Origin: Chrysochromulina tobinii
Lineage: Eukaryota
Length of the DNA: 36,509 nt
Assembly (NCBI GenBank): GCA_001275005.1
Contig: JWZX01003355.1
Span: 1-36,509, forward strand
Direction of reading: 5' to 3'
Of the stretch, positions 35,604 to 36,509 are shown in pieces; position 1 is the stretch's first letter, and every line of letters begins with the position of its first letter. The notes under the pieces were generated by a model that did not search any database, was not told where the DNA came from, and worked only from the letters and a program-made list of their open reading frames with translations. The position numbers and the translations under genes are program-made.

Positions 35604-36509
35604 GGACGCAACGAACGTCATGCAGCTCTAACACAAATCCACTCCGGTCCTTCACCGCGTCTCGCACCGCTTCTTTCCCTGCATCTTCCATGCTGTTGTA
35701 CTTGAGGTTGAGCTTGGTCAGGACCGCGTTGACCTTGAGCACCTCTGCAATCGCCTTGGCACCGTCATCCCTGATGGAGTTGGTACCGAGGTTGAGGGTG
35801 GTCAACACCGCGTTGACCTTCAGCGCCTCCGCGATCGCCTTGGCACCGTCGTCGCCGATGGAGTTGTTGATTAAGTTCAGGTTGGTCAGGACCGCGTTGA
35901 CCTTCAGCGCCTCCGAGATCGCGATGGCTCCCTCGCCCCCGATGTAGTTGCCTCCAAGGGCGAGGGTGGTCACCACCGCATTGACCTTCAGCGCCTCTGC
36001 GATCGCCTTGGCACCGTCGTCGCGGATGAGGTTTGTAGGGAGGACCAGACTGATCAGGACTGCCATGAAATGCAGGTCAGACCCGATGAGGATGGCGTCG
36101 GCGGATTGGAGCTTCTGGCCATGCAAATTGGCCTTCGTCTGGTCGCGCGTCATGCCCGAGAGCATGATGCCCTTCTCCATACCGATTTTGGCAAGCATCG
36201 TGGCCGACTCCACGTCGAGGCCGTTCTTGAGCAAGTTGCAGCTTTTGAGCGCCGAGCTGAACTTGAGCAGATCAGAGAGGACGAGGGCGCCGGAGACCCC
36301 AACGCCTCTCAGGTCCAGCTTTGTCAGCGCGTCCGCGCGTAGCTTCTTGATTGGGATCTCCGAGAAGACCTCGAGAGATGCGCTGCTGAGGACTGCTGTC
36401 GCGAGTTGCTGCGCCCCCTCTCCGTCGATGTTGTTGTTGGCAACGGAGAGATTTTCAAGCACCGGGCTGAGCTGCATCAGCTCGGCCAGCACAATGCCCT
36501 CGGTCGCCC
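35596..36509 (-). CDS. Ribonuclease-inhibitor-type (NLRC3-like) leucine-rich repeat protein, 5'-partial
   Basis: 28-aa (84-bp) repeats N.I.DDGAKAIAEALKVNAVLT.LNL; the frame stays open beyond the window edge. Confidence 0.88.
   Translation of the reverse strand, partial: ATEGIVLAELMQLSPVLENLSVANNNIDGEGAQQLATAVLSSASLEVFSEIPIKKLRADALTKLDLRGVGVSGALVLSDLLKFSSALKSCNLLKNGLDVESATMLAKIGMEKGIMLSGMTRDQTKANLHGQKLQSADAILIGSDLHFMAVLISLVLPTNLIRDDGAKAIAEALKVNAVVTTLALGGNYIGGEGAIAISEALKVNAVLTNLNLINNSIGDDGAKAIAEALKVNAVLTTLNLGTNSIRDDGAKAIAEVLKVNAVLTKLNLKYNSMEDAGKEAVRDAVKDRSGFVLELHDVRCVPA

Noticed and set aside
35293..35947. ORFs with CVYA/RIRT repeats
   Set aside because: Translations of the palindromic repeat tract or antisense of the LRR gene.

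Overview
High-GC, intron-containing eukaryotic DNA. The intron style and the 'AEALKVNAVLT' LRR family suggest a haptophyte alga (Chrysochromulina-like); this is inference. Four genes can be reconstructed by hand. (1) A giant minus-strand secreted/surface protein (ATG 28495, at least 14 exons, >8,800 aa, running off the left edge), built from about 14 IPT/TIG domains and about 44 copies of an unrecognised ~130-150-aa 'DPDNGD..YG.GD...FD..TDRGG...VD.LF.FS..LG..Y.G.W.D.STF' module. (2) A divergently transcribed, probably organelle-targeted prolyl-tRNA synthetase (28833-31085). (3) A ~1,030-aa coiled-coil protein (35076-31531, minus). (4) A 5'-truncated RI/NLRC3-like LRR protein. The most striking signal is in the introns. 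Of 22 inferred introns, 17 carry a 9-47 bp copy of the adjacent exon end, which usually supplies one splice site. The rest of the intron is one of two recurring acceptor cassettes or a strand-oriented 10-bp 'CTGAT' minisatellite. Several introns are tandem stacks of such units joined at AG|GT with no exon between. This looks like an active or recent introner-like intron-generating system with long, variable target duplications. All splice sites are inferred from sequence only, with no transcript data.
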